A DNA stretch of 64,000 bases, from assembly GCA_964354545.1 (NCBI GenBank), contig CAYHAE010000005.1, positions 12,414 to 76,413 on the forward strand. The letters run 5' to 3'. The stretch is from an uncultured Planctomycetia bacterium. Its GTDB lineage: Bacteria; Omnitrophota; Gorgyraeia; 2-01-FULL-45-10; JAHFGN01. This document shows positions 62,642 through 64,000 of this stretch, piece by piece (position 1 is the first letter of the stretch; every line of letters begins with the position of its first letter). The notes under the pieces are model-generated. The model saw only the letters and a list, made by a program, of their open reading frames with translations, did not search any database and was not told the DNA's origin. A program made the position numbers and the translations under genes.

Positions 62642-63797
62642 GAACTACCTCCCTATATACGATGACGGGCGATGTGTCCTCTTTGCCCTCGGCAGGAACG
62701 CGATGTATGCCGCCTGCCTCATGATGAAGCTCGGACAGGGCGACGAGGTCCTCACGCCCGCCTTCGATTGCGACGGCGCGTTACAGCCTTTCAGGGTCCT
62801 CGGCTGCGAGCTCCGCTTTTACCGCTCAGATCCGCATACCTTTTCTGTCGATATCGGGGATATCAAGAGGCGGATCACGCCGAGGACGAAACTGCTCCAC
62901 ATCGTCAACCACTTCGGGATGCCCCAGCCGTGGAATGACCTCGCGTGCCTGCGGAGGGAGACCGGCATCCCGATCCTGGAGGACAACGCATACTCTCTCT
63001 TTTCAAGGTTCCAAGACAAGGCGTTCGGGACGTTCGGGGACATGTCGATATTCTCGATTCGGAAGAATCTCCCCGTCATAGACGGCGGGCTCTTGCGCAT
63101 CAATAATCCCCGCTACGCGAACGAGGTACCGCGGAAGGACCCGAAGTGGATCTATCCGACGGAATGGGGTGCCGCCTTGAGAAGCGTGAAGTCGGTGTTC
63201 GGGGAGGGCTCCTTCGCGGCGCTGCTCAAGCGCGCAGCGCGGAGGTGTGACCCCGCGAGCGCGCCCCCGCCGCCGCTCTATTCTGACTCAAAGGACGGAT
63301 ATCCTGTCTGGCCTGCGCGCGACCGTGTCGGCAGGGACTTCTCGTGCGATTACGTGAGGCCCATGTCGAGATGGGCGAGGATGCAGCTGGAAAAGTTCTC
63401 GGAGAGCGATTACAGCGAAATAGCGGAGAAGAAGAGATGCTACTACGCGTTCTTCTCGAACCGGCTTAAAGATATAAAAGGGATACGTATCCTGTGGCCT
63501 GAACTCCCGGACGGCATCGTACCTTTTTGCCTGTCATGCATGGTCTCCCGCAAGAGGGACGTCCTGCTCGAGCAGCTCCGCCTGAGGTATGATGTCATGG
63601 CCTGGCCCACGCTCTCGAAACTTGTGCTCGACAGGCGTGAGGAGTTCCCCGAGGTAGGGCTTCTGGGGCGCACGCTCCTGCAGATCAATCTGCCCGTTGA
63701 CAGGGTCCGGTCGCCTGAGTTTGCGCGCCATGCGGGGCGCCTCGTCAGCGATATATATGCGTTCTCGGAGAAGCACCTTTCCCACTCATCCTCATGA
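62634..63797 (+). CDS. DegT/DnrJ/EryC1-like PLP-dependent enzyme (aminotransferase/dehydratase family, divergent)
   Basis: The family-like core is LFALGRNAMYAACLMMKLGQGDEVLTPAFDC...ILEDNAYSL...SIFSIRKNLPVIDGGLL, with a Lys in the expected region. The ATG at 62634 overlaps the upstream stop. Confidence 0.6.
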   Translation: MHKNYLPIYDDGRCVLFALGRNAMYAACLMMKLGQGDEVLTPAFDCDGALQPFRVLGCELRFYRSDPHTFSVDIGDIKRRITPRTKLLHIVNHFGMPQPWNDLACLRRETGIPILEDNAYSLFSRFQDKAFGTFGDMSIFSIRKNLPVIDGGLLRINNPRYANEVPRKDPKWIYPTEWGAALRSVKSVFGEGSFAALLKRAARRCDPASAPPPPLYSDSKDGYPVWPARDRVGRDFSCDYVRPMSRWARMQLEKFSESDYSEIAEKKRCYYAFFSNRLKDIKGIRILWPELPDGIVPFCLSCMVSRKRDVLLEQLRLRYDVMAWPTLSKLVLDRREEFPEVGLLGRTLLQINLPVDRVRSPEFARHAGRLVSDIYAFSEKHLSHSSS

Positions 63798-63810
63798 GGG
63801 GCATACGCTC

Positions 63811-63999
63811 ATGGAATCACGTTGGATAGAAGAGATCCGGTCCTTTAAGGATATCGCGCGCGAATGGGACGAGGCGGTCTTCCGCGCATGGGACGAAAAC
63901 CCTTTTTTGCTCTCGGATTTTATCATTACGTGGTGGGGCCGTTTTTACGAGAAGGCCGAACTGCGGATACTGGTCGTCTATGATGAAGGGAAGATCGCG
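63811..63999 (+). CDS. Partial CDS (3' end outside window): FemAB/CelD-like GNAT acetyltransferase N-terminus
   Basis: The N-terminal pattern MESRWIEEIRSFKDIAREWDEAVFRAWDENPFLLSDFIITWWGRF resembles the Acetyltransf_6 (BioF2/CelD-like) N-terminus (WDALV...SPF.S..W...WW.HF). Confidence 0.4.
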   Translation, partial: MESRWIEEIRSFKDIAREWDEAVFRAWDENPFLLSDFIITWWGRFYEKAELRILVVYDEGKIA

Positions 64000-64000
64000 G

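Noticed and set aside
1-64000. Search for tRNA/rRNA genes, transposases, integrases, toxin-antitoxin or phage-defence cassettes
   Set aside because: No sequence in the window resembles a tRNA cloverleaf, an rRNA, or transposase/integrase/DDE signatures. All sizeable ORFs are accounted for by glycan-biosynthesis, transport, sulfation or unknown large proteins.

Overview
The window is a single-orientation glycan-biosynthesis supercluster of about 64 kb. All convincing genes are on the + strand. There are many 1-4 bp start/stop overlaps (ATGA, TGATG), strong GGAGG-type ribosome-binding sites, frequent GTG starts and about 60% GC, with several lower-GC patches.

Recognisable modules:
- A legionaminic/pseudaminic-type nonulosonic-acid pathway: NAD-dependent dehydratase, DegT aminotransferases, NeuD-like and GNAT acetyltransferases, NeuB-like synthase, hydrolysing NeuC-like 2-epimerase, NeuA-like CMP-sugar synthetase, PtmE-like CBS-nucleotidyltransferase, PtmG-like N-acetyl-sugar amidotransferase and Gfo/Idh/MocA oxidoreductases.
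- A complete sulfate-activation set (APS kinase cysC, ATP sulfurylase sat, PAP phosphatase cysQ) next to a GbsR/MarR-family regulator and an SsuABC-like ABC importer, plus a candidate PAPS-dependent sulfotransferase.
- Five paralogous cobalamin (B12)-binding radical SAM enzymes and two tandem SPASM-type radical SAM enzymes.
- A second module for an activated acidic sugar: HpcH/HpaI aldolase, KdsB-like cytidylyltransferase, GmhA-like SIS isomerase, 2-hydroxyacid dehydrogenase, phosphatase, methyltransferase and acetyltransferase.
- CDP-/dTDP-sugar genes (RfbF-like, RmlC/RmlD-like, several epimerase/dehydratases), five GT2 glycosyltransferases (one fused to a cytidylyltransferase domain), a polyprenol-phosphate GT2 plus a GT-C-like membrane protein, an MsbA-like ABC exporter, and three large unknown proteins with a TagF-like C-terminal motif.

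Non-coding structure: a sigma70-like promoter with an adjacent palindromic operator, a palindromic CGCAGAT array, a three-copy MITE/REP-like element with terminal inverted repeats, and three large palindromic tandem-repeat arrays immediately upstream of gene starts.

No rRNA, tRNA, CRISPR array, transposase or integrase was recognised. The most interesting reading is a sulfated, radical-SAM-tailored, nonulosonic-acid-containing surface glycan system. That combination is not a described pathway to my knowledge.
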